Of a stretch of DNA of 64,000 nucleotides, positions 29,736 through 37,607 are shown piece by piece; within the stretch, counting starts at the first letter, position 1, and each line of letters begins with the position of its first letter. Origin of the DNA: Akkermansiaceae bacterium (lineage in GTDB: Bacteria; Verrucomicrobiota; Verrucomicrobiia; Verrucomicrobiales; Akkermansiaceae). The stretch lies in contig JBPOGF010000006.1 of NCBI GenBank assembly GCA_051251915.1, positions 1 to 64,000 on the forward strand, in the 5' to 3' direction. The translations under genes and the position numbers were made by a program. Below the pieces are notes generated by a model. The model made no database searches, was not told where the DNA came from, and saw only the letters and a program-made list of their open reading frames with translations.

Positions 29736-29846
29736 ATTAATTTAACATCTAGGATGTAGCATGTGCTCTTGAGCGTGTGGTAGTTTCGCAAGCCTTATTC
29801 TACCAGATAAGGTTTTAAGCAAGTAAATGACAACATTCTACATGAC

Positions 29847-29921
29847 AGCCCTGTCGTGTAATAATTATTCCATCTGGTTTTGAGCCAGACTGTCGCTGTT
29901 CAAATTTGCGCAGGGCTACCA
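29847..29921 (+). tRNA. trnQ: degenerate tRNA-Gln(TTG)
   Basis: AGCCCTG/CAGGGCT-A-CCA; TCTGG-ttTTGag-CCAGA; weak D and T stems. Confidence 0.65.
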
Positions 29922-29939
29922 AATTTTATACATCGAAAC

Positions 29940-30011
29940 ACTTCTATAGCTCAACGGTAGAGCGGGGGACTCATAACCCCTAGGTTATAGGTTCGAATCC
30001 TGTTAGAAGTA
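29940..30011 (+). tRNA. tRNA with CAT anticodon (Met or Ile2)
   Basis: ACTTCTA/TAGAAGT acceptor, canonical D arm, CTCATAA loop, GGTTCGAATCC; no encoded CCA. Confidence 0.85.
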
Positions 30012-30025
30012 TTAATTTCAAAACC

Positions 30026-30101
30026 TCCTTCGTAGTTTAAGTGGTTAAAATCTCACCTTGTGACGGTGAATATCTCGGTTCAATCCCGAGCGAGGGAACC
30101 A
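30026..30101 (+). tRNA. trnH: tRNA-His(GTG), lacking G-1/C73
   Basis: TCCTTCG/CGAGGGA-A-CCA; TCACC-ttGTGac-GGTGA; CTCGG-TTCAATC-CCGAG. Confidence 0.85.
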
Positions 30102-30115
30102 TTTTTTTAACAGAT

Positions 30116-30189
30116 TCGAGTTTGGTGTAATAGTAGCACGTCTGTTTTACATGCAGAACGCAGGGGAGCATAACCTCTAACACGAACCA
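30116..30189 (+). tRNA. trnV: atypical tRNA-Val(TAC)
   Basis: TCGAGTT/AACACGA-A-CCA with one mismatch; TCTGT-ttTACat-GCAGA; non-canonical T loop AGCATAA. Confidence 0.75.
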
Positions 30190-30203
30190 TTTTGAAACAA
30201 CAA

Positions 30204-30277
30204 GTAGCATTAGTTCAATGTTAGAATGTCTGGTTTCCATCCAGCGGATCTCGGTTCAAATCCGAGATGCTGCTCCA
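30204..30277 (+). tRNA. trnG: tRNA-Gly(TCC)
   Basis: GTAGCAT/ATGCTGC-T-CCA (U73); CTGG-ttTCCat-CCAG; CTCGG-TTCAAAT-CCGAG. Confidence 0.85.
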
Positions 30278-30285
30278 ATTTTACT

Positions 30286-30358
30286 GTTCCTGTAGTGTAG
30301 TGGCTTAACAGCCTCGACTTTCTATCGAGTAACCTGGGTTCAAATCCCGGCAGGAATG
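30286..30358 (+). tRNA. trnE: tRNA-Glu(TTC)
   Basis: GTTCCTG/CAGGAAT-G; CTCGA-ctTTCta-TCGAG; CTGGG-TTCAAAT-CCCGG; no encoded CCA. Confidence 0.85.
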
Positions 30359-30370
30359 CTTTTTGTCAAC

Positions 30371-30447
30371 TGGTCTGTAACTCAAGTGGTTAGAGTATCC
30401 GCCTTTTAAGCGGCAAGTTGTGGGTTCGAGTCCCACCAGGCCAACCA
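30371..30447 (+). tRNA. trnK: tRNA-Lys(TTT)
   Basis: TGGTCTG/CAGGCCA-A-CCA; CCGC-ctTTTaa-GCGG; GTGGG-TTCGAGT-CCCAC. Confidence 0.9.
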
Positions 30448-30485
30448 ATTTTTTTTAATAACCTAACCATAACCAAAATAATACT

Positions 30486-30824
30486 ATGAATAATAGAGAT
30501 AGATTAGGGCTTAGTTTTCCGATCGCGAGTGCGGGGGATGACTTGAGCCTGTTAGTAAACCTAGTGCAGACTGAGAAGATAGGTGTGAAAATGCTGCTTC
30601 AAAATGTGACTGAAATTTTAACCGATGATCCGAGCTTGCTCGTGGATGTCGTGTTGCTGATCACTGATGTGAAAAGAATCAGGGAGAGTGATGCGCATGA
30701 GGGAGACTATGCTAAGGCGTTGGCTCTGGTTAAGCGAGCCACTGGTCTGAAAGGACAGGAAGTGTTGGAAAATGCGATCAGTCACGCTGCTGGAAAGGCA
30801 GGATTTCTAGCTCTACCTAGTTAA
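30486..30824 (+). CDS. hypothetical protein directly downstream of the tRNA array
   Basis: 112-aa ATG ORF with an A-rich leader and helical-looking composition. Confidence 0.6.
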   Translation: MNNRDRLGLSFPIASAGDDLSLLVNLVQTEKIGVKMLLQNVTEILTDDPSLLVDVVLLITDVKRIRESDAHEGDYAKALALVKRATGLKGQEVLENAISHAAGKAGFLALPS

Positions 30825-30993
30825 GTAGTTGGTGAGCTAAATATAAGATGTGTTGTGCCGTGTTGTAAAAAGAGAGTGAGGGCGGAGCTGGGTAGATTTA
30901 CTTGGTTCCGTCCTCTAAAATTTTGTCACTGAATGCTGAGAAACGAACACCCTTAATTATTATGAAGTAAGAATTGTTAGATGAACTGAATCC

Positions 30994-31578
30994 ATGAAAA
31001 ATATTATCCATAAAAACGTCGTCCTTGTTCTGAACAGGAACTGGCAAGCGATCTCTATCACCACACCTGCGCAAGCTTTTGCGCAGATGGCTACTGATGT
31101 GGCTACGGGTCTAGACATTCAGTCTAGTGACTGGATGTTGCCGGTGAAGTGGGATGAGTGGCGTGAACTGGATGTGCGGGATGGTGATCTGTCAGTAGGT
31201 GTAGCAAATGGTAGGGTCAGGGTGCCAACGGTACTTGTTCTTTGTAGGTATAATAAAGTTCCTATCCATAGTCCTAAATTGAATACTAGGAATATTTGGC
31301 TACGTGATGGCGGGGTTTGTCAATATTCAGGGAGGTCACTGAGGCCTAGCGAGGGCAATATTGATCACATAATCCCAGTTTCTAGGGGTGGACCTAACAG
31401 TTGGGAAAATTGCGTGCTGTCCTGCAAGAAGCTGAATCAGAAGAAAGCTGATAAGACGCCAGGTTAAGCGGGTTTAAAGTTGATTAGAAAACCCTTCCAA
31501 CCTCGGCCCGTGCCAATTACGGCAACGCTAAAAAATATTCATGGGATGAAGGATTGGAGTCATTTCTTGATTGCGTGA
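30994..31578 (+). pseudogene. HNH endonuclease with premature TAA at 31465-31467
   Basis: VLVLNRNWQAI, RDGGVCQYSG, NIDHIIPVSRGG..SWENCVL.C...N..KADKTP; the frame continues past the TAA as AGLKLIRKP...W to TGA at 31578. Confidence 0.8.
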
Positions 31579-31595
31579 TTTAGAGGCACGTTAAC

Positions 31596-31629
31596 CTAAC
31601 AGAAGTCCTTACTGGGGGGCTTCTGTTAG
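31596..31629. terminator. hairpin between convergent HNH and sensor kinase genes
   Basis: CTAACAGAAGTCC...GGGCTTCTGTTAG inverted repeat. Confidence 0.6.
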
Positions 31630-33686
31630 TTGTTCGCGTGTAGTGGCGCAGTCAGAACGAGACGGAGGCCTTTTCCTGGTTCGGTATTTATGCTGAGATG
31701 CCCATTCAGTCTATCAGCGCGCTGCTTGAGCGTGCGAAGTGCACGAGGTCTAGCAAGCTGGTCTGGAGTCATTCCTACGCCGTTGTCATCGACAACGAGG
31801 ATGAGTTTGCTGAGTTTGTTAGAGATGGAGATGTTCACTGCTGTGCACTGTGAATTTTTTTGACTATTGATGAGTGCTTCTTTGTAGAAGAGGATAAGGT
31901 CTCTGCGGATTAGAGGATTACTGATATCTTTTATGCTGGAAAAATCTGTACTATCAAAAGTGTATTCTTTATCCACTAGGATGAATCCGGTCACCTCACG
32001 CATGTAGGCTAGGATGTCTTGCTCTCGTCCCACCCTAGGCGCAGTGGTATGAAGTACTTCACGGAGGCCGAATACGCTTTCTTTGCTAAGACGTAGGATG
32101 GCATTGAGGCTGGTGAGTTCTGATGGGTTGGTGTTTTTTGAAAGTAACTGTCCAGCGTGTAGTGCTATGGCGGCTAGGCTGCTGCCAGTTTCATCGTGCA
32201 GATCACTAGCGATCCGTTCTCGCATTTGCTGTACTTGTTCCTTTGCTCGGCGACGACTTCTGAGAGTGATGTATGTGGCTATAGCGATGATTGCGAGCGT
32301 CAGAAATGACACACTCCAGGTAGTGGTAGCTCTTGATACTTGCGAAATTTCTAGCTGTCGTAGTTTGAGCAATTGTTGTTCTTCTAACAGTTCTTGCCGT
32401 AGTGCTAACTTAGTAACCCACTCAAAATGAGAAATGACTTTTCCTGTGTGCGTCATCCCATCATAGACAGAGGGTAAGGTCCAGTTTAGCCGGTCATCTG
32501 AATCTTCAAATTTTTGGCTGAGCCGCTCTGGTGTTACCGTTGATCTATTAAAGTTGGCGGCAGGCTTGATGGGGATGCCGTGTAACATTGGGGTGATCTC
32601 ACTGAGTTGGATGATAGCGTGGCTTTTGTTTGCTGGTATAGATACTTCAAATACGGTGATACGAATACCACTCACAGTGGTTTGTGCGAAGTGGGCGATG
32701 TAGGGATTTAGGCCTGGGTTAGTGAAGGTTGTATGCTGATAGGTGTCTGAAATTCCGATGACCTCATTGTTAGTATTCAGTAGCTCTATCTTGAATTTGA
32801 CAGGGAAGGACTGTCCAGGTCTGTGAATGATAGCGGGGTCTAGTCTAACGGCATCTAGGTCGGTGTTTTCTTGGAATGTTATTTCACAAATATATGGTTT
32901 TCTGAGTATCTGCGAACTGGCTTGGTAGTAGATTCCGAGACCTTTTGGGGTTGCTGGACCCAGCTCAGGTAAGCCTAGTGGGGTTTGGACGTCGGTGAGA
33001 TAAGTTGCAGAGAAGACGATCTTATCTTCTCTGCAGGGGGAAGTTTTCACCTCAGCCAGTGGCGCTAAGTTGTCTTGGTCTGAGAAGATGAAAATCTCAG
33101 AGAAGCCGGCTCCATAGTGAGGAGTGCTGGTCTCTTTGGTGAGATTGGTGCAGGTGATTTCTATCTGGTTTGTATTCACTGATTCGAAGTTAACAATCTC
33201 AGGGAGAGAGCGTAGAATCGATAGTTGGGTGTTTTCTAGAGTCGTGATGGTTCTCATTTGCCCGTCAGATATAGATCTGGCTTTAATTTCTATTTTTCCT
33301 GGCCAGTAGGCATTTTCTGTCAGCCGCCCAGCCTTTCCGAGATAGAGCCTGAGTGGCAGTAGAGACACGGCGTTGATTTGGTGGGGTTTTGGCCACCGGA
33401 AGCTTATGGTTACTGACTCTTCAGGGGAGTCCAGCCAGTGAGAGAGGAAGCCACCAGATGCTGTTGGTTCACCTTTATAGGGGGTGGGGAGTTGATTTAG
33501 CTGTGTGGATATGGCCTTTAACCGATCGCTATTATTTCTATACTCTTTGCTAAATCGGAATGCCGCAGCATGTTCCCAAGTGGACTCCATAGGGGGCTTG
33601 GTTTCTTCTGCCATGGTGAGCTGGAAGAGAAGAAGAAGTAAAATGAGGATGGTGGCAGGTCTCACGAGCGGTATAGATTGAATCAA
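31626..33686 (-). CDS. sensor histidine kinase (HisKA_3 type) with large extracellular domain
   Basis: TM helix then RIASDLHDETG; KEALIN, DDNGVG, PGKG ATPase motifs. Confidence 0.9.
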   Translation of the reverse strand: MIQSIPLVRPATILILLLLLFQLTMAEETKPPMESTWEHAAAFRFSKEYRNNSDRLKAISTQLNQLPTPYKGEPTASGGFLSHWLDSPEESVTISFRWPKPHQINAVSLLPLRLYLGKAGRLTENAYWPGKIEIKARSISDGQMRTITTLENTQLSILRSLPEIVNFESVNTNQIEITCTNLTKETSTPHYGAGFSEIFIFSDQDNLAPLAEVKTSPCREDKIVFSATYLTDVQTPLGLPELGPATPKGLGIYYQASSQILRKPYICEITFQENTDLDAVRLDPAIIHRPGQSFPVKFKIELLNTNNEVIGISDTYQHTTFTNPGLNPYIAHFAQTTVSGIRITVFEVSIPANKSHAIIQLSEITPMLHGIPIKPAANFNRSTVTPERLSQKFEDSDDRLNWTLPSVYDGMTHTGKVISHFEWVTKLALRQELLEEQQLLKLRQLEISQVSRATTTWSVSFLTLAIIAIATYITLRSRRRAKEQVQQMRERIASDLHDETGSSLAAIALHAGQLLSKNTNPSELTSLNAILRLSKESVFGLREVLHTTAPRVGREQDILAYMREVTGFILVDKEYTFDSTDFSSIKDISNPLIRRDLILFYKEALINSQKNSQCTAVNISISNKLSKLILVVDDNGVGMTPDQLARPRALRTLKQRADRLNGHLSINTEPGKGLRLVLTAPLHANN

Positions 33687-33696
33687 AGCAAGTTAC

Positions 33697-34359
33697 TCAT
33701 AGGATACCCATAGCAACAGCTTTATTTACTGCTCCGGAGACATTGTGGACTTGGAGTTTACGGTAAATTGTTTTGATGTGTGAGCTGATGGTGTGGATGC
33801 TGACTCCGAGTTTGTCCGCGGCTTCTTGTCTGCTGACGCCAGTGGACATTTGCTCTAGGACACCTATTTCACGAGTGGAAAGCTGTTGTTCATGTGAGGC
33901 GGGTTTAAATTTAGAGAAAGTAGCGAAGACCATCTGGGCAATTTCTGCGCTTAGGGGGGCGATGCCATGATAGGCGTCTACGATACCTTGGATGGTGATG
34001 TCTAAGTCATCTGACTTAATTAGGTAACCGGATGCTCCTGCGCCGAGGGCTTGGAAGACGCGGGTTTTGTTATCGAATACTGTCAGTACGAGGACTTGGC
34101 TCTTAGGTGCGGCTTTTTTAAGAAAAGGAATAGCTTGGATTCCGTCCATTCCTGGGAGGCCGAGGTCAAGGATGATGATGTCAGGAGTTGGGTTTCCTTC
34201 CTTAAGATAGTCTAGGATGTCTTCTACATTTGAAAAAGCTGCTTGGCAGTTAAGGAGGTCACTGGATGCCATCGTGTCCATGAGGATGGTACGATAATCA
34301 ATATGATCTTCCACGATACAAATATTGATAGGTTTCTTTGTTGGCGGTTTTTCAGACAT
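33697..34359 (-). CDS. NarL/FixJ-family response regulator
   Basis: VEDH, ILDLGLPGMDG, GYLIK; LuxR HTH LSTRE...HIKTIYRKL. Confidence 0.93.
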   Translation of the reverse strand: MSEKPPTKKPINICIVEDHIDYRTILMDTMASSDLLNCQAAFSNVEDILDYLKEGNPTPDIIILDLGLPGMDGIQAIPFLKKAAPKSQVLVLTVFDNKTRVFQALGAGASGYLIKSDDLDITIQGIVDAYHGIAPLSAEIAQMVFATFSKFKPASHEQQLSTREIGVLEQMSTGVSRQEAADKLGVSIHTISSHIKTIYRKLQVHNVSGAVNKAVAMGIL

Positions 34360-34429
34360 ATTTTTTACATTATAGATGATGGGAGATAAATAATAGAGAT
34401 GAGACTAGTTTCAGTCAAGTCACGTAAAT

Positions 34430-34473
34430 TACCCTTTTCAGGGTATATACATTGTGGGTGGATTAGGTATGAT
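34430..34473 (+). promoter_or_regulatory. 7-2-7 inverted repeat (NarL-type box) with downstream -10 element
   Basis: TACCCTT-tt-CAGGGTA at 34430-34445; TATGAT at 34468-34473. Confidence 0.5.
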
Positions 34474-34537
34474 TATCGTCCAATTATAGAACTGGATGCG
34501 GAAATCCGTATTACAGATAATTACTAAAAAAGACATC

Positions 34538-35170
34538 ATGAAAAAAATTATAACAATTATGACAATAGCCACAGTAGCATCTGCTATACCTGCTTATGCG
34601 GCAACTGCGATAACGCAAGAAGACATCGCAACAGATGTGGGAGCTGCTTGGAGTGGATTTGAAACTGGCGACTTTGCGCGACCAGGTAAGAATGCTAATG
34701 GAGCCTTAACTTTCACTGGTTACGTGAGCTTCGATTTATCTGCTGCTGGATTGACCGCTGCAGAACTTGATCTTGCTAGCTTCAATCTTGCGTATGATGC
34801 TGGTGTAGCTGGTGGTAGCCCTTCAGCTTTTTCTATTATCTATTTAGGCACATATAGTAGTGGAACGTTTGGCGACGGTGGAACTAATAATCATGCATTA
34901 TTTACAGGTGCAGCGGCGGTTAGCACTTCTCTAGCAGCTCAAACTGCGACCACAGGAAACCAGAGTGCAGCAGTCGATTTAGATGATGGCAGCTTTGCTG
35001 AGGACCATGCTGTATTCAGAATGTCTCTTGATAATCCAGGTGATAATGCTAATGGAGCTCAGTGGGATCCTAATAATTTCGTTCTCACTGTGACACCTGT
35101 TCCTGAGCCATCATCTACTGCTCTGCTTGGGCTTGGTGGGCTAGCGCTTATCATGCGCCGTAGGAAGTAG
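34538..35170 (+). CDS. PEP-CTERM sorting domain protein
   Basis: Signal peptide from MKKIIT; VPEPSSTALLGLGGLALIMRRRK. Confidence 0.92.
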   Translation: MKKIITIMTIATVASAIPAYAATAITQEDIATDVGAAWSGFETGDFARPGKNANGALTFTGYVSFDLSAAGLTAAELDLASFNLAYDAGVAGGSPSAFSIIYLGTYSSGTFGDGGTNNHALFTGAAAVSTSLAAQTATTGNQSAAVDLDDGSFAEDHAVFRMSLDNPGDNANGAQWDPNNFVLTVTPVPEPSSTALLGLGGLALIMRRRK

Positions 35171-35211
35171 GTTGGCATTGAACGTTTCTCTTTGATTAGG
35201 AGAAAATTTTT

Positions 35212-35253
35212 ATAGCGGGAAGCGGATTTAATTTCGTTTGTCGCTATTTTTTT
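35212..35253 (+). terminator. terminator-like hairpin after the PEP-CTERM gene
   Basis: ATAGCGG...TCGCTAT stem followed by a T run. Confidence 0.55.
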
Positions 35254-35288
35254 AGTGTAGAAATCTTGGTGAAGGTTAGTTTAGCAGG

Positions 35289-36170
35289 ATGAAGAAAATA
35301 TTTAGCTATTCTGGATTTGTGTTGGCTTCGATGTGTATGTGCATGGCGGGGGAAGAAAATCATTTACCTGTTAAAGATGGGTTGGTGTTAGATTTGGATG
35401 CGGCTCGGGGGGTGGAGTTGGAAGATGGAAAGCGGGTGAAGGCTTGGGGGAATCAAGTTGAGGGGAAGGAAAAGGAGGTATTTGTGAAGCAGGATGAAGG
35501 GCGTAAAGTTGCGGGGTCTGGTCGGCCAATGCTGGTGGAAAATGAGGCGAAGCTTGGCGGCTTGCCTACGCTGGTATTTAAGGAGCAAGAGTTGATTAGT
35601 ATGGATGAGGACCGTTATGATCATTTGATCACGGGTAGTGGTTATACTTGGTTGTCAGTGATGTGTGTGTATGAGCAGCATAAGGGGAAGAAGGATGTGA
35701 ATTCGTTTTTTGGAAATTTGAGAAATGGGCCGCCTTATGATGGGATGTGGGGGTGCTTGATGGATAATAATCGAGTCTGGATGGGGACTCGTAATGGGTT
35801 GCCTTTTAAGAAGAAGGAGCTTTGGGATGCTAAGGTGAATCCTCTGGTGGCTAGTTCTAAGCCGTTGGTAGTAAATAAATATTATTTAGTGATGGGGAGA
35901 ATGGGGGCTGGGACTGAGGTGGTGGATCTTGAGTTGTTCGTGGATAAGCTGGTGCCGGTGGATCGTAAAAAGGTACCTGTGAGTCCAAAGGCGAATTCTT
36001 CGAAAATGGCGATTGGGCAAGAGCGTGATGCTGTGAATCATCCTGGGAAAGAATCGTTTCATGGGGAGATAGCGCGGTTTTTGATTTATGAGCGTCCTTT
36101 GAGTGATGATGAGCTGAAGGTGATGGCACAGTTTTTGGGAAAATATTATCGCCTTGAGGGGACAAGATAA
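35289..36170 (+). CDS. secreted LamG/ConA-like beta-sandwich protein
   Basis: GLVLDLDA, IGQER...F.GEIARFLIYERPLSDDE pattern; signal peptide. Confidence 0.7.
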   Translation: MKKIFSYSGFVLASMCMCMAGEENHLPVKDGLVLDLDAARGVELEDGKRVKAWGNQVEGKEKEVFVKQDEGRKVAGSGRPMLVENEAKLGGLPTLVFKEQELISMDEDRYDHLITGSGYTWLSVMCVYEQHKGKKDVNSFFGNLRNGPPYDGMWGCLMDNNRVWMGTRNGLPFKKKELWDAKVNPLVASSKPLVVNKYYLVMGRMGAGTEVVDLELFVDKLVPVDRKKVPVSPKANSSKMAIGQERDAVNHPGKESFHGEIARFLIYERPLSDDELKVMAQFLGKYYRLEGTR

Positions 36171-36183
36171 CGTAGATTAAATA

Positions 36184-37578
36184 ATGATTATGAAAACAAC
36201 ATTTAAAATCTGTATAACAGCTGGGGCGTTGCTCGCGAATTGTGCCTTTGCTGAAACGACGGAAGCGAAGAAGGCTGAACTGCCGAACATCGTTATTGTA
36301 ATGGCGGATGATATGGGCTGGGGAGACTCGGGAACTTATGGGAATAAGATCATCAAGTCGCCAAGTATGGATAAGTTGGCATCTAGGGGAATGAAATTTA
36401 CACAGGGTTATTCTGCATGTGGAGTTTGTTCACCATCACGTTCTGCGATTTTGACTGGGAGGACTCCCTATAGAAATGGTGTTTGGCGTCACCTATCTGG
36501 TAACCATCAGGCGCACTTGCGTACGAGTGAGATTACTTACCCTGAGCTTTTGAAGACAGTTGGCTACCAGACTTGTCATGTAGGAAAGTGGCATTTGCTC
36601 TCTAGGCAGCAATTTAACAATCCTGATTACCCTCAGCCAGGGGAGCAGGGGGGATTTGATTACTGGATGACTACTCAGAATAATGCTGAGCCTAGTCATA
36701 AGAACCCGAATAATTTTATTCGTAATGGTAAGCCGGTTGGAGAAGTGAATGGTTATTCCGCGCCATTTGTGGCTGATGAGGCGATTCATTGGTTGAAGGA
36801 TATTAGGGATGATTCTAAGCCGTTTGCGCTTACGGTTTGGTTCCATGAGCCACATAAGCCAATCGCGACTGACATTAAATTTTCTGAGATGTATCCTGAT
36901 GTGGATAAGAAGCTTAGTAAGTATTATGGGAATATCACTCAGTTGGATTTTGCGCTAGGTAAAGTCATGGACACGCTGGATGCTGAAGGACTCACTGACA
37001 ATACGCTGATTATTTTCACCTCTGATAATGGCCCTGTGGCAAGTGAGGGTGGTGACTCTGGTGGATTACGTGGGATTAAGCGTAGTGATTTTGAAGGTGG
37101 TATTCGTGTGCCATTTCTTGCTAGCTGGCCTGGACATATTAAGCCTGGAACTGTGAGTGATACTCCCGTGATTGGGACAGATATCTTTGCTACTGCGCTT
37201 GATATGGTAGGGGTAGAGCAGCCTAAGGATCGTACGATTGATGGTGTTAGTATGTTGCCTGTATTTAAAGGTCACGCTGTGGAGCGTAAGATCCCATTGT
37301 TCTGGCGCACGCACGTTTCTGGTGCGGATTGTCGGGTGGCTGTTCGTGTTGGTGATTGGAAGATAGTAGCAGATGAGACGCTTACTAAATTCTTGTTATT
37401 CAATGTTCAGGAGGACTGGCAGGAGAAAAATGATCTCGCTAAAGAAAATCCTGAGAAGTTGAAGGAGTTAAAAACACTACTTATCAAGACTTGGGAAGAT
37501 ATCTCAGAGGAGGGACCTAATGAGTGGTGGGAGTCTGAAAAGACGAAAGCTAAGAAAGGCGGCAAGGTTAATTACTAA
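36184..37578 (+). CDS. S1 sulfatase
   Basis: ADDMG, CSPSR..LTGR, GKWHL, SDNG. Confidence 0.95.
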   Translation: MIMKTTFKICITAGALLANCAFAETTEAKKAELPNIVIVMADDMGWGDSGTYGNKIIKSPSMDKLASRGMKFTQGYSACGVCSPSRSAILTGRTPYRNGVWRHLSGNHQAHLRTSEITYPELLKTVGYQTCHVGKWHLLSRQQFNNPDYPQPGEQGGFDYWMTTQNNAEPSHKNPNNFIRNGKPVGEVNGYSAPFVADEAIHWLKDIRDDSKPFALTVWFHEPHKPIATDIKFSEMYPDVDKKLSKYYGNITQLDFALGKVMDTLDAEGLTDNTLIIFTSDNGPVASEGGDSGGLRGIKRSDFEGGIRVPFLASWPGHIKPGTVSDTPVIGTDIFATALDMVGVEQPKDRTIDGVSMLPVFKGHAVERKIPLFWRTHVSGADCRVAVRVGDWKIVADETLTKFLLFNVQEDWQEKNDLAKENPEKLKELKTLLIKTWEDISEEGPNEWWESEKTKAKKGGKVNY

Positions 37579-37607
37579 GACTGATAACTCTTAAATCATT
37601 GGTGATT

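Noticed and set aside
29791..29814. Amber-suppressor (CTA) anticodon arm
   Set aside because: The loop is 6-8 nt with CTA off-centre and there is no T arm; the HNH stop is TAA anyway
30037..30240. 67-aa minus-strand ORF
   Set aside because: Antisense to three tRNA genes
28150..31600. CRISPR array, prophage or IscB/TnpB (OMEGA) system
   Set aside because: No repeat-spacer periodicity, no integrase or structural genes, and the HNH protein is small with no RuvC or PLMP motifs
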